Shown here in pieces: positions 19,061 to 29,617 of a stretch of 32,000 nucleotides of DNA. This DNA comes from Sulfolobus acidocaldarius DSM 639 (GTDB taxonomy: Archaea > Thermoproteota > Thermoprotei_A > Sulfolobales > Sulfolobaceae): positions 240,001 through 272,000 of the forward strand of contig NC_007181.1 of the NCBI RefSeq assembly GCF_000012285.1. The letters are read 5' to 3'. Both the position numbers and the translations under genes were made by a program. Within the stretch, counting starts at the first letter, position 1. The number at the start of each line of letters is the position of its first letter. Below the pieces are notes generated by a model. That model saw nothing but the letters and a program-made list of their open reading frames with translations, searched no databases and was not told the DNA's origin.

Positions 19061-20429
19061 CTCCTCCTCTTAACCTCGTCTGATGTGCTCTAGCCTCTCC
19101 AAAATCCACGAAAAATTCCTTATCTATATCAAGTCCTCCCTCGGGGTTCGCATTTAGTTTGACTAGCCATCCTTTGACTCCCTCAGGGTAAAATTGATTG
19201 TCCCAAGAACTGTAAAGCGAGTTAGTAACGTAAATCCTTCTACCATCTCTACTTATTTCCACCATCTGAGGGGCTCCTGTAAGTTTATTACCTGAGGGGT
19301 GATCAGCTCTGTACAGGATTCCCCCTAACTTCACTTTACCTGTGAGAACGGGCTTAAATGGGTTACTTACGTCGTACTGCCTCAGTTCCCCTGTGCCCCA
19401 TAGACTAACATATAGAAACTTATCATCTAGACTAAGGTCAATATCGGTTACTAGAGGAGGGACTGCCTTAAAAGGTTTAAGTATATCAGGTAAATTACCC
19501 TCTGCAGGCTCTGCTGGTATATCGATGACCTTTTGAGCCTGCCATTTTCCGTCTTCGAAAAACCAGAGCCATATGGAACTGCTGAGATCTTTAAGGCTAA
19601 CTACTAGATTGATAAATCCCATCAATTTAGTAGGGTCATGTAAGGGTCGGAGTTCTAAAGCCATCCTGTTTTCCTCTCCCAGAGTTATGCTCGAAATCTT
19701 CTTTCTCTTCCTTAAATCCCAAAAATGAATTCTGTTGCCGTATTTCTCCTTCAAATGTTCAGGATTTAGACCATTTTCGATCGTCGTTGGGGTAGCCCAT
19801 TCACTAGTCACCATAATCTCATTGGGAAGATTCCACCAGAAGTCATATGATAGCTTTTGATCCTCCCTGTAAATTTCCCATTTTCCTAAGGGTTCGAAAC
19901 TATAGTGGTCAAGCATTAATATTCCTCCAGGTTCTTCACCGACTTCGTTACCCAGTGCGCTGATATATATAGCATCAGGTCCACAATGAACCGTATGAAG
20001 CCTTGAGTAACCAGTGACTTTCTTTATCTCCTCTGGTTGTATAACTTTAACGATATTTGGTTTTCTAGGATCTAGTTTTGTGTCTATTATGTAAATTCTT
20101 GAAGAACGTAATCCTGGAACCACTAGAAACCTTCTCTCAACATTTGGTCTCCCATTTGGACAGAGTGAGGAGCTACACGCGTTCCAGCCGAAGTGGTGCA
20201 GTTCATCTCCAGTGTATGGAAGCTCAACCTTAGCTACTACTTTCGTATAGGTTTCAGATTTTGGGTTAACATCTACAACCGCTATATAATCTGGTCTATT
20301 GATCTTTGTTCCTACGTAGAGACATGCGACATAAGCCAGATCCTCAGGAGGTGAGTTGATAGCCATTTTAGGAGATGGGTAAAATGTGGGATCTCTCTTA
20401 AATGGTGCAAATACCTGAGGTAATCCCAT
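19029..20429 (-). CDS. selenium-binding protein 56 (SBP56) / methanethiol oxidase family beta-propeller protein
   Basis: Family-typical stretches include ELHHFGWNACSS, RLHTVHCGPDAIYISALG, PLVTDIDLSLDDKFLYVSLWGTGELRQYDVS and RIYVTNSLYSSWDNQFYP. The ORF is open to TTG 20444. ATG 20429 is preferred because a TATA-like tttataac sits about 27 bp upstream. Confidence 0.85.
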   Translation of the reverse strand: MGLPQVFAPFKRDPTFYPSPKMAINSPPEDLAYVACLYVGTKINRPDYIAVVDVNPKSETYTKVVAKVELPYTGDELHHFGWNACSSSLCPNGRPNVERRFLVVPGLRSSRIYIIDTKLDPRKPNIVKVIQPEEIKKVTGYSRLHTVHCGPDAIYISALGNEVGEEPGGILMLDHYSFEPLGKWEIYREDQKLSYDFWWNLPNEIMVTSEWATPTTIENGLNPEHLKEKYGNRIHFWDLRKRKKISSITLGEENRMALELRPLHDPTKLMGFINLVVSLKDLSSSIWLWFFEDGKWQAQKVIDIPAEPAEGNLPDILKPFKAVPPLVTDIDLSLDDKFLYVSLWGTGELRQYDVSNPFKPVLTGKVKLGGILYRADHPSGNKLTGAPQMVEISRDGRRIYVTNSLYSSWDNQFYPEGVKGWLVKLNANPEGGLDIDKEFFVDFGEARAHQTRLRGGDASSDSYCYP

Positions 20430-20643
20430 AATTAAGTATATCAATCTAAAAGTTATAAACTTACATTATTAATGCAATAAAAGTTCATGTTATTAGTTAG
20501 GATACCGATATTTTAAAAATTTTCAACTTATGATTTACATTATCCTTCCCTAAAACTCAATTGGATGCAAAAATATCACATAAAATAAAAGGGTAAAAAA
20601 GAGATAAGGAGAAAAATACTTTAAATTACATATCAGAAGATAT

Positions 20644-22641
<1,998 letters not shown>

Positions 22642-22774
22642 ACCATTATAAATATTTAATTGAGTAATATAAATTTTACTTATATTAGTGTATATATAAA
22701 TTCAATCTTTAAAAATATTTTTATTCTCTCGCGTTATTAAAATCGTACTATAAAAAGTGACTTAAATATATTTA

Positions 22775-23521
22775 TTAAATCTTAAATATATAGTTAGGAT
22801 TTGCATATCTGTCTCTTACTAACATAGATGCCAGTTCTAACTCATTCTTAGTTATCTCGTCTACATAACTGTCTACACTTAAAATTTCCTCAAAAGCCTT
22901 TGTAAACGATGAAATGATTAAATCTAGTTGTATATCCCTTCCAAGAAGATATGATAGATTGTTAACCCTGTACTTGATCATGTTTATCCCCTTATTTCTC
23001 AGACTCTTGGGCGGTATAATCAGAGTTTTGTGTAGTAAATCAAGGTCTGAGTTTATCAGCAGAGTTCCGTGAAGTAGATACTTGTTATTAGATATGTAAC
23101 CAGCATTTCCTGAAATCTTATAGTGCTTGTAAGCAATATCAGTTTGATTGTAAGTCTCTACCCTATCCCCTATTATACGCTCTAAAGCATTTATTGTACC
23201 CTTTAAAAGGAACCCGTAAAGGAAATCTATACCCTTAACTTTCACATCTTTATTTTCAAGAATTACTGTGTAGTTAAAATTCCCCATGTCATGATAAACT
23301 GTCCCTCCTCCCGTGATCCTACGAATTACGGGAATTCCCAACTGATTAGTTACCTCAATATTCACTTCATCCTTAACCCTCGATAGTACTCCCAAAACTA
23401 CACTGGTACTATTTCTCCACAGTCTCAGTACTATACTGTTATAGGCGAATAGAGCCTCATCTATGGCTACATTTAAATAAGGATCGTTAGGATACTCACT
23501 TATCAGAACGCGTAATTTCAT
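22775..23521 (-). CDS. lplA: lipoate-protein ligase A, catalytic-domain-only form
   Basis: LRLWRNSTSVVLG, RRITGGGTVYHDMGNFNYTVI (lipoyl-AMP binding signature) and YKISGNAGY...HGTLLINSDL (catalytic Lys). At 248 aa it lacks the C-terminal accessory domain. Confidence 0.85.
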   Translation of the reverse strand: MKLRVLISEYPNDPYLNVAIDEALFAYNSIVLRLWRNSTSVVLGVLSRVKDEVNIEVTNQLGIPVIRRITGGGTVYHDMGNFNYTVILENKDVKVKGIDFLYGFLLKGTINALERIIGDRVETYNQTDIAYKHYKISGNAGYISNNKYLLHGTLLINSDLDLLHKTLIIPPKSLRNKGINMIKYRVNNLSYLLGRDIQLDLIISSFTKAFEEILSVDSYVDEITKNELELASMLVRDRYANPNYIFKI

Positions 23522-23556
23522 TTAAGTTTTAATTTTAACTATGCTTTATATATCAT
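23522..23556. promoter_or_regulatory. 35-bp divergent promoter with two interleaved TATA-like boxes
   Basis: ttttaatttta (23527-23537) is centred about 25 bp upstream of GTG 23557. ctttatatat (23544-23553, read on the minus strand) is centred about 27 bp upstream of the lplA ATG at 23521. Confidence 0.5.
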
Positions 23557-23805
23557 GTGCAGTACGAGATTAAGGTACCAGAGGATATTTGGCCAAGGAG
23601 GAGGGATTGGGACGGAGAAGTAGTGTCGGTTTATGTAAGAGAGGGGAGTTATGTAGATTTCGACGACCTAGTTGCTGAAGTGGAGATTGAAAAAGTGGTA
23701 CTGAAAATTTTATCCCAAGTTAAGGGAAGGGTTCTGAAGGTGTTAGTCAACCAGGGAGATAAAGTAGGACCGGGGTCCATATTAGCGTTAGTAGAAGTGA
23801 GCTGA
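23557..23805 (+). CDS. stand-alone lipoyl(/biotinyl)-attachment domain protein, 82 aa
   Basis: The whole protein is a single hammerhead-type domain: YEIKVPE...[61 protein letters not shown]. The candidate modified Lys is K46 (nt 23692-23694) in EIEKV. It is not the biotin AMKM motif. GTG start. Confidence 0.75.
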   Translation: MQYEIKVPEDIWPRRRDWDGEVVSVYVREGSYVDFDDLVAEVEIEKVVLKILSQVKGRVLKVLVNQGDKVGPGSILALVEVS

Positions 23806-23806
23806 G

Positions 23807-24667
23807 ATGAAAAGCGAAGTGGTAGTAAGGATTAATGAGAACTTCAAGAAACTTAGCAGGATAGTGTCTGAGAAAGGGATATCCACTGTATGCGAGGAAG
23901 CTCTATGTCCAAATATCATGGAGTGTTGGGGATCAGGAACTGCTACGTTCATGATAATGGGAGATATCTGCACAAGAGGTTGTAGGTTTTGTTATGTAAA
24001 AAAGGGTAAACCAGTCCTACTAGACCATGAGGAGCCAATAAAAGTAGCAGAGGCAGTAAGGGAAATGGGTTTAGACTATGTTGTCATAACCAGTGTTGAC
24101 AGGGATGATTTAGCAGATGGGGGAGCTTCTCATTTTTCTCAAGTTGTTAAAGCCGTGAAAGAGATGAATCCTGACGTCATAGTTGAGGTCCTTACACCAG
24201 ATTTTATGGGGAATAAAGAACTAGTGGAGAAAGTAATAGGGTCTGGCGTAGACGTATTTGCACACAACGTGGAAACGGTAAGAAGCCTGACTCCATTAGT
24301 GAGAGACGCAAGAGCATCATACGAACAAAGTTTAAGAGTACTTAGTTATGCTAAGAACGTTGTCAAAAAATCCTCTATTCTTTTAGGTCTTGGGGAGAGC
24401 TTAGAGGAAGTAGTTGAAACCATGAAGGATTTGAGAAATGTCGGTGTAGATATTTTAGTCCTTTCCCAGTACATGAGACCTAGCATTAAACAACTGGAAG
24501 TTAAGAAACGTTATAACATGGAAGAGTACAAGGAACTTGAAAAAATAGCTTATTCTTTAGGTTTTTCATATGTCGTTGCACTACCTCACGCTAGAACTTC
24601 CTACAGGGCAAAAGAGGCATATTTGAGGGCGATGGCAAATGTTAAGAATAATAATAGATGGTCCTAG
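23807..24667 (+). CDS. lipA: lipoyl synthase
   Basis: Auxiliary-cluster motif [12 protein letters not shown] (CX4CX5C), radical-SAM motif CTRGCRFC (CX3CX2C) and a C-terminal RTSY (RSSY-type) motif. It starts 1 nt after the upstream stop. Confidence 0.9.
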   Translation: MKSEVVVRINENFKKLSRIVSEKGISTVCEEALCPNIMECWGSGTATFMIMGDICTRGCRFCYVKKGKPVLLDHEEPIKVAEAVREMGLDYVVITSVDRDDLADGGASHFSQVVKAVKEMNPDVIVEVLTPDFMGNKELVEKVIGSGVDVFAHNVETVRSLTPLVRDARASYEQSLRVLSYAKNVVKKSSILLGLGESLEEVVETMKDLRNVGVDILVLSQYMRPSIKQLEVKKRYNMEEYKELEKIAYSLGFSYVVALPHARTSYRAKEAYLRAMANVKNNNRWS

Positions 24668-25436
24668 GGATCCGCATTATAATATGGCAATTGACGAAGC
24701 CATAATGGGTCTCAGACCATATGTAAAATATGATACACTGAGAATTTACATGTGGTCTCCTTCAGGTGTTAGTATAGGGAGATCACAAGACGCTCTAAGA
24801 GCAGTAAAGATAGAAGAAATAAAGAGGTTAGGGTTTAAGCTAGTGAGAAGACCTACAGGAGGCGGAGCACTTTTACATCCTGAAAATGACGAGATAACCT
24901 ATAGTGTTGTATTATCACTGGATAACCAATTAGCTAAAATCCCTGTGGATGAATCTGCATCGTCCATAGCCAAAGGTATAATTGATGCTCTACAAATAAT
25001 AGGTTCTAGTGCTAAGGTAAAGGATTTTGGAGATAAGGAGAAACACGATCTCTGCTACTTGAGAAGAGGATCCAGCGACGTAATCTTAGGAGGGAAGAAG
25101 ATCTCTGGATCAGCTCAGGTTAGGAACGATAAGGCACTTCTACAACACGGTACACTTCTGCTCAGATTTGAACCTGAGGTTTGGCTAAGGGTTATTAATG
25201 CGCCAGGATATGACCACGAAATGCTCAGAAGTAGGATAGCAGGCTTATATGAGTTCATGGACGTAAAAATAGAGAAAATAATTGACAGCTTAGTTAAAGG
25301 TTTTTCGAAAGAGTTAGGGGATGAAACTTTTATAGGAAGCCTAACTCCTGAAGAAGTTCAACTATCACTAGAGCTATATCAGAAAAAATATTCTAACGAT
25401 TTATGGAATCTTAAGGGCTCCCTAGAACAATTTTGA
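24639..25436 (+). CDS. BPL/LplA/LipB-family protein, candidate LipM/LipL-like octanoyl/lipoyl (amido)transferase
   Basis: [38 protein letters not shown] (lacks the HDxGN ligase signature) and KKISGSAQ...QHGTLLL. C139 (nt 25053-25055) lies exactly 15 residues before conserved K154 (nt 25098-25100). It overlaps the lipA 3' end by 29 nt. Confidence 0.75.
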   Translation: MLRIIIDGPRDPHYNMAIDEAIMGLRPYVKYDTLRIYMWSPSGVSIGRSQDALRAVKIEEIKRLGFKLVRRPTGGGALLHPENDEITYSVVLSLDNQLAKIPVDESASSIAKGIIDALQIIGSSAKVKDFGDKEKHDLCYLRRGSSDVILGGKKISGSAQVRNDKALLQHGTLLLRFEPEVWLRVINAPGYDHEMLRSRIAGLYEFMDVKIEKIIDSLVKGFSKELGDETFIGSLTPEEVQLSLELYQKKYSNDLWNLKGSLEQF

Positions 25437-25589
25437 ACCTCCTAGTTCTCTAAGATCCCTCAAGGAGTAATGAGAGTCCTTTGTCACCTCAAGGTAAGTG
25501 AAAATAATACTACTTTAAACATGTTAGATATTTTCTCTTATGATGTTTACAAAAAATTATTTTTTAACTTAAAAGACACATAGATACAC

Positions 25590-25811
25590 GTGAGAGAAGA
25601 CTTTGATCAATTGCTATTTGGACTAGCTGGTGTTATCTTTTTAGAAGGGCTAGGTATAGCTCTGGATGTAGTAGGACAGTATGCCATAGGAAGTGTTCTT
25701 ATTGTTATTGCAACAGTCTGGATCTTATCTATTTACTTCTTCATGAAGTACATCGAGAAAAAAGACTCAGAAAATGAGGAAAACGAAGATAACTCCTATA
25801 ATAATTTCTGA
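25590..25811 (+). CDS. small hypothetical membrane protein with acidic C-terminal tail, 73 aa
   Basis: GTG-start ORF with two TM segments followed by KKDSENEENEDNSYNNF. Weak support. Confidence 0.35.
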   Translation: MREDFDQLLFGLAGVIFLEGLGIALDVVGQYAIGSVLIVIATVWILSIYFFMKYIEKKDSENEENEDNSYNNF

Positions 25812-25897
25812 TTGATCTCTCTCAGTCGATGATAAATTCCGTCTGTAAGCTGTATCTTTAATGTCTCCTTTAAATTATAAAGTTTTTAACACTATCA

Positions 25898-26725
25898 GTG
25901 GTTATTATGAATATGATTAGAAGATCTCAGTTATATGTGCCTTCAATATCTGAAAAGATGATAAGAAAATCCATTGAGCTCAAGGCTGACTCTATAGTAT
26001 TTGATCTTGAGGACGCAGTGCCACCAGAGGATAAAGAAAAGGCTAGAGAGTTACTGGTAAAGCTGATCAATGAACTGGAATGGGGAAAGAGGGAGTTATG
26101 TGTTAGGATGAATTCGCTTCAACTAGTGGACGCATATAGGGACATTGTCACCATTTCTAGGATAGACAAGATCTCTTGCATAGTTGTTCCTAAAGCAGAG
26201 GGTGACTTATCATTCCTGCACAAAGCTACAGGAAAAGATTTAATTCCCTTGATAGAGACAGGAAAGGGTTTGATAAGAGTAGAGGATATAGTTAGATCTG
26301 AGGGAGTTGTAGGCGTAAGCTACGGTATAGCAGATTTATCCCTCTCAGTAGGGGGAGATTATAACTTTTACGAGAAAAATGAGTTTGTTAAAACTTATGT
26401 TGTGACCACTGCTAAGGCTTACGATGTCGACCCCATAGATAAGGTGTATTTCGATCTAAAGAACGTAGACGGTTTCAGGAGAGAATGCGAGGAGGCAAAA
26501 AAACTGGGTTTTGTGGGCAAACAGGTAATTCACCCCACACAAGTTGAAATAGCTAACCAGGTGTTCTCCCCAACTGCAGAAGAGATAGAATGGGCTAGGA
26601 GGGTTATTGAGGCTTATGATAATGCAAAGAGAGAGGGAAGGGGGGCAATAAGGCTTGATGATAAACTGGTAGACTATGTGCATTATAAGATAGCAAAGAG
26701 GATACTTGAGTTTCAGAATCTATAA
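25898..26725 (+). CDS. HpcH/HpaI aldolase / citrate lyase beta (CitE)-like acyl-CoA lyase
   Basis: RRSQLYVPS...KADSIVFDLEDAVPP, IETGKGL and GFVGKQVIHPTQV are the CitE/malyl-CoA lyase family motifs. Confidence 0.8.
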   Translation: MVIMNMIRRSQLYVPSISEKMIRKSIELKADSIVFDLEDAVPPEDKEKARELLVKLINELEWGKRELCVRMNSLQLVDAYRDIVTISRIDKISCIVVPKAEGDLSFLHKATGKDLIPLIETGKGLIRVEDIVRSEGVVGVSYGIADLSLSVGGDYNFYEKNEFVKTYVVTTAKAYDVDPIDKVYFDLKNVDGFRRECEEAKKLGFVGKQVIHPTQVEIANQVFSPTAEEIEWARRVIEAYDNAKREGRGAIRLDDKLVDYVHYKIAKRILEFQNL

Positions 26726-27117
26726 ATAGACCATGTCCCTAGACCCACAGCACAGAGCTCTTTATCTCCGTCGTAAGCGTAAATTTGGACAGTGACCAAT
26801 TTGTTTCCCTTATTTACTACTTTAGCCTCAACTGTAAATGGACCTTTGTTCATCGGTTTGAGGAAATTGACTTTGAGCTCTGCAGTGACTTCATCTTTAA
26901 CTTCACTCAACGAAAGCACTGCCATACTTCCTGCATAGTCCATAGCTGAAAACATTATACCACCGTGTAACATTCCTCCTAGTCTAGTAAGTCTCTTGTC
27001 AAAATCGAATTTGAGGAGGGAGTAACCATTCTCAACTTTTTCGAATCTTATTCCTATAAAATTAAATACGTCTTCTTGTTTTAACCTCTCATTTAGTTCC
27101 TCTGGTGATATAAGCAT
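26713..27117 (-). CDS. PaaI/4HBT-type hotdog-fold thioesterase
   Basis: GGMLHGGIMFSAMDYAGS followed by a long central-helix/beta-sheet pattern. 134 aa. It overlaps the convergent CitE-like gene by 13 nt. Confidence 0.8.
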   Translation of the reverse strand: MLISPEELNERLKQEDVFNFIGIRFEKVENGYSLLKFDFDKRLTRLGGMLHGGIMFSAMDYAGSMAVLSLSEVKDEVTAELKVNFLKPMNKGPFTVEAKVVNKGNKLVTVQIYAYDGDKELCAVGLGTWSIYRF

Positions 27118-27218
27118 ACGATATCTTTTCGTAGCTAAAGAATATAAATCTGAAACTGGATTGCACGAATATCATAGCTTATTAGGATTGGCGAGAAAAT
27201 TATATTTAATGACCTAAG

Positions 27219-27641
27219 ATGCCACCCTTAACAATATTAGCTGATGTGGTACTTAATGAGATACGTGATGAGATTAAAAGAAGATTAGGTAAACAAACGC
27301 CTGAAGAAGTTACAGTTAGATTTGTAGAATATTTACCGCCACAAATTTTAGGATATGTGAGGGACGGAGATTACACTATATATGTAAACCTTCAACAATA
27401 CACTAGAGCTAGGTCTTCTGGCTACGAATATGAGTATCTATATGTCATACTGTTGCATGAATATCTTCACCTCATTGGTATAGCTGATGAAAGAGAGGTT
27501 AGGAGAATAGACCTGGAAATAATAGAGGAGAGATTTGGTCAAAATAGTAGGGCATACAGAATAGCCTTGGAGTTAGCTGATCCCAGAGATGTGTATTTAA
27601 AGAACTCACAAAAATTCGGTAGACCCAATACGTATATCTGA
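27219..27641 (+). CDS. hypothetical small protein with HExxHxxGxxD zinc-metallopeptidase-like motif
   Basis: ILLHEYLHLIGIADE contains H-E-x-x-H-x-x-G-x-x-D. 140 aa with no TM segment. Confidence 0.5.
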   Translation: MPPLTILADVVLNEIRDEIKRRLGKQTPEEVTVRFVEYLPPQILGYVRDGDYTIYVNLQQYTRARSSGYEYEYLYVILLHEYLHLIGIADEREVRRIDLEIIEERFGQNSRAYRIALELADPRDVYLKNSQKFGRPNTYI

Positions 27642-27784
27642 AATCATATAGTCATACTACAATTTTATTATGATACTGTTTGTCATTTTAATCCGTGATA
27701 GATAATGTTTATTCTTGTTTATTTATCACTATACCATATTACTAAACTTTAAAAATATGGAGACTGTTTATATCTCGAAGAGAT

Positions 27785-29614
27785 TTGGCAGAGCTTAAAA
27801 TTGTCGTTAGTATAAAGCAAGTTCCAGACGCTGATGACCTCAGAATAGATCCAGTAACAAATAACCTAGTCAGAGAAGGTGTACCAGCCGTAATAAACCC
27901 ACCAGACTACCATGCAATAGAGGAGGCAATTAGACTGAAGGAAAGGTTTGGCGGAAAGACTATGGTCTTGACTATGGGACCAGGACAGGCAGAGGTAGCT
28001 CTTAGAGAAGCACTAGCCATGGGAATTGATGAAGCTTACCTAATAAGTGACAGAGCGATGGCTGGTGCTGATACATGGGCTACATCTTATACTGTGGCTA
28101 AAGCAGTTCAGAGACTAGGAGGGGCTGATATAATCCTTTTTGGTAGAAGAGCTGTAGATGGAGAAACGGAGCAAGTAGGTCCACAAACAGGTAAATGGTT
28201 AGGAATTCCAGTTGTAGCTTATGTTAGAGAGATAAGAAGTATAGAAAATGGTAAAGCAGTTGTAGTGAGGACAACAGAATTTGAGGAGGAAGTTATTGAG
28301 GTTCCATTACCAGCCGTATTCACAATTTTAGAGACAGCAAATAAGCCAAGACAACCTGATATACTCTCTCTAATAAAGGCTAAGACTGCTAAGGTAACAG
28401 TATGGAATAAAGACGATATTAAGGCTGAACCAACAAAAATTGGTCTTGCAGGTTCTCCCACTAAGGTCATAAAAGTAAGCCCACCACCAAAGACGAGAAA
28501 GCCTGAAATCATAGACGGTAAGAAAGATCCTGAGAAGGCAGCTGAGTGGTTCTTAAACAAGATATATGAGTCCCTCAAGGAGGCTGAAAGTTCTCTTAAA
28601 GAATACGTTAAGCCAAAGGCTAAGGTCAAGGTGAATTCTGAGATTTGGGTTTACATAGACCATATTGGTGATAGGATTAACAAGGCATCTCTAGAAATTT
28701 TGAGCGAAGCCAGGAGGATAGCAGACTTAATGGATACCTCAGTTGCAGGAGTAGTTATAGGTGGAGAGAGCGTAAAGGGTATAATTAACGAAGTTTATGA
28801 ATACGGAGCTGATAAGGTATATTTTGCCGAGACAAAGGGATATGACAGATATGATAATGAGGTTTACACTAAGGCTCTAGCAAAGTTAGCTAAGAAGTAT
28901 AAGCCAGAGGGAATATTCTTCCCTGGTACTAGAGCTGCTAGGGAATTGGCATCCACGTCAGCAATAGAGATTGATACTGGATTGATTGCTGATTGTACGA
29001 ATTTTGATGTTGATGATAAGGGAGTGTTATTGGCAACTAGACCTGACTTCGGAGGAAAGGAAATGTCCACTATAGTGTGTCCAAGACACAGACCAGTGAT
29101 GGTCACTACCAGAGCCGGTGTATTTATGCCATTACCCAGAATGCCTGGAAGGACAGGAGAATTAATAAAGGAGGAAATAGAAGATTTGTACAGTAGGTTA
29201 AAAGTTCTAGAATATAAAAACATAGAGAAAAGGAATATATTGACTGAGGCTGATATAGTTGTAGGTGTAGGTAGAGGTATAAAGAGTCCAGAGAACATAA
29301 AGAAGTTTGAAGAGTTTGCTACAGCGTTAGGTGGTGTTCTAGGTGTGTCTAAACCATTAGCCGACATGGGTTGGTATCCAAAGGATAGGCAAATAGGTCA
29401 AACAGGAACTACTATAAGACCGAAAGTTTATATTGCACTAGGCGTTTCAGGCGCTGTACAGCACTTAGTGGGTATTTTATCTTCAAGGAAGATCGGTGCT
29501 ATCAATCTTGACCAGTCTGCCCCAATATTTGACAACTGTGACTTCGGAGTAGTAGGAGATATATTTGAGATTGTTCCAAAAATGATGGAGTTAATTAAAA
29601 AGAAGGGGGAGTGA
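27785..29614 (+). CDS. fused electron transfer flavoprotein, EtfB (N-terminal) - EtfA (C-terminal), module 2
   Basis: The N-terminal half is ETF-beta (KIVVSIKQVPD, AIEEAIRLKERFGG, VDGETEQVGPQ). A K/E-rich linker lies around aa 260-285 (nt about 28560-28640). The C-terminal half is ETF-alpha with PKVYIALGVSGAVQHLVGILSSRKIGAINLDQSAPI. TTG start. Confidence 0.85.
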   Translation: MAELKIVVSIKQVPDADDLRIDPVTNNLVREGVPAVINPPDYHAIEEAIRLKERFGGKTMVLTMGPGQAEVALREALAMGIDEAYLISDRAMAGADTWATSYTVAKAVQRLGGADIILFGRRAVDGETEQVGPQTGKWLGIPVVAYVREIRSIENGKAVVVRTTEFEEEVIEVPLPAVFTILETANKPRQPDILSLIKAKTAKVTVWNKDDIKAEPTKIGLAGSPTKVIKVSPPPKTRKPEIIDGKKDPEKAAEWFLNKIYESLKEAESSLKEYVKPKAKVKVNSEIWVYIDHIGDRINKASLEILSEARRIADLMDTSVAGVVIGGESVKGIINEVYEYGADKVYFAETKGYDRYDNEVYTKALAKLAKKYKPEGIFFPGTRAARELASTSAIEIDTGLIADCTNFDVDDKGVLLATRPDFGGKEMSTIVCPRHRPVMVTTRAGVFMPLPRMPGRTGELIKEEIEDLYSRLKVLEYKNIEKRNILTEADIVVGVGRGIKSPENIKKFEEFATALGGVLGVSKPLADMGWYPKDRQIGQTGTTIRPKVYIALGVSGAVQHLVGILSSRKIGAINLDQSAPIFDNCDFGVVGDIFEIVPKMMELIKKKGE

Positions 29615-29617
29615 AAA

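Noticed and set aside
23557-23805. The 82-aa protein considered as a biotin carboxyl carrier protein, or as the missing LplB accessory subunit of the bipartite archaeal lipoate ligase.
   Set aside because: The modified-Lys turn is EIEKV, not the (A/V)MKM biotinylation motif. The full-length hammerhead pattern matches a lipoyl domain. It does not match the LplA C-terminal domain fold pattern that I recall for LplB. The genomic context (lipA and LplA-family genes) favours lipoylation.
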